From: Vitrella brassicaformis CCMP3155
Lineage: Eukaryota > Protista > Chromerida
DNA: 64,000 nucleotides
NCBI GenBank assembly: GCA_001179505.1
Contig: CDMY01000254.1
Span: 1-64,000, forward strand
Direction: 5' to 3'
Positions 63,504 through 64,000 of this stretch are shown here, piece after piece. The notes under the pieces are model-generated. The model saw only the letters and a list, made by a program, of their open reading frames with translations, made no database searches and was not told the DNA's origin. Position numbers and translations under genes: made by a program. The first letter of the stretch is position 1; every line of letters begins with the position of its first letter.

Positions 63504-64000
63504 GCGGCTGAGGTTGCGACGACGGACGAGGGCCAGAAAGCGAGGGCTCTGATCTCCTTCGCAAGCAAAGTGCCACGACTCCAATGTGCTTAGGGTGTCT
63601 ATGAAACCTTCGCTAGCCATCAGCTCGCAAGTATGAAAGCTCTCTCACCCTTGTTACCTTCCATACTCCCCAGTAACAAACAGCAACAAAAGGGAAACAA
63701 CCACAATTCAATTGCCAAGCCTTTCTGAGTTTGGTGGTGTACGCCTTCAGACTACCAACGGTGCGCTGAGTGCATGCTTGGTGCATGCGGAAGAATGACT
63801 TACAGCACATTCAATCATTGAAGCGAACGATGCAAGTGCGAAGGCGAGACCCGAAGGGCCGAGCCGAGCCACGACTAGCCACAGATTTGACGCATACTGA
63901 TTCATGGGTGGGACGGCAGGTCAGTCAATCCTATGGTCCCTTTCCATGCAATCGGACCATTCATACTACTGGGTTGGCAGGAGGATTGAATCAATGCCTG

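Noticed and set aside
1-64000. rRNA or tRNA genes
   Set aside because: None recognised by eye; a tRNAscan-SE or Infernal run would be needed to exclude them.

Overview
Intron-rich, GC-rich eukaryotic scaffold window. The short GT-AG introns full of (CA)n/(GA)n/(CTGT)n and the gene style suggest a chromerid alveolate such as Vitrella; this is an inference, not checked. Recognisable genes, in order: RPS13 (present twice around a 300-N gap, almost certainly an unmerged assembly overlap), ESS2/DGCR14 (-), glucosidase II beta/PRKCSH ending in HDEL (+), a secreted Ser/Thr-rich protein (-), an unknown gene (-), a four-domain histidine-biosynthesis fusion HisD-HisC-HAD-IGPD (+), a ~16 kb VPS13-family gene (+), a frameshifted GT64-like gene (+), a GT31/C1GALT-like gene (-), a ~16.5 kb gene encoding four concatenated 6TM+CNBD channel repeats (-), and a Rab escort protein (-). 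Main highlights: (1) one spliced ORF whose domains would cover the last four consecutive enzymes of His biosynthesis, which points to the HAD domain as the histidinol-phosphate phosphatase; (2) a CNGK-like 24-TM channel with four different filter sequences (TSAGFG/GTVAFG/SHIGTG/TSVGYG) and alternately intact and degenerate CNBDs; (3) an unexplained intronless ~1 kb segment at 3.15-4.1 kb with direct repeats and GNA-loop DNA mini-hairpins. Exon junctions were traced by hand and no database searches were run.
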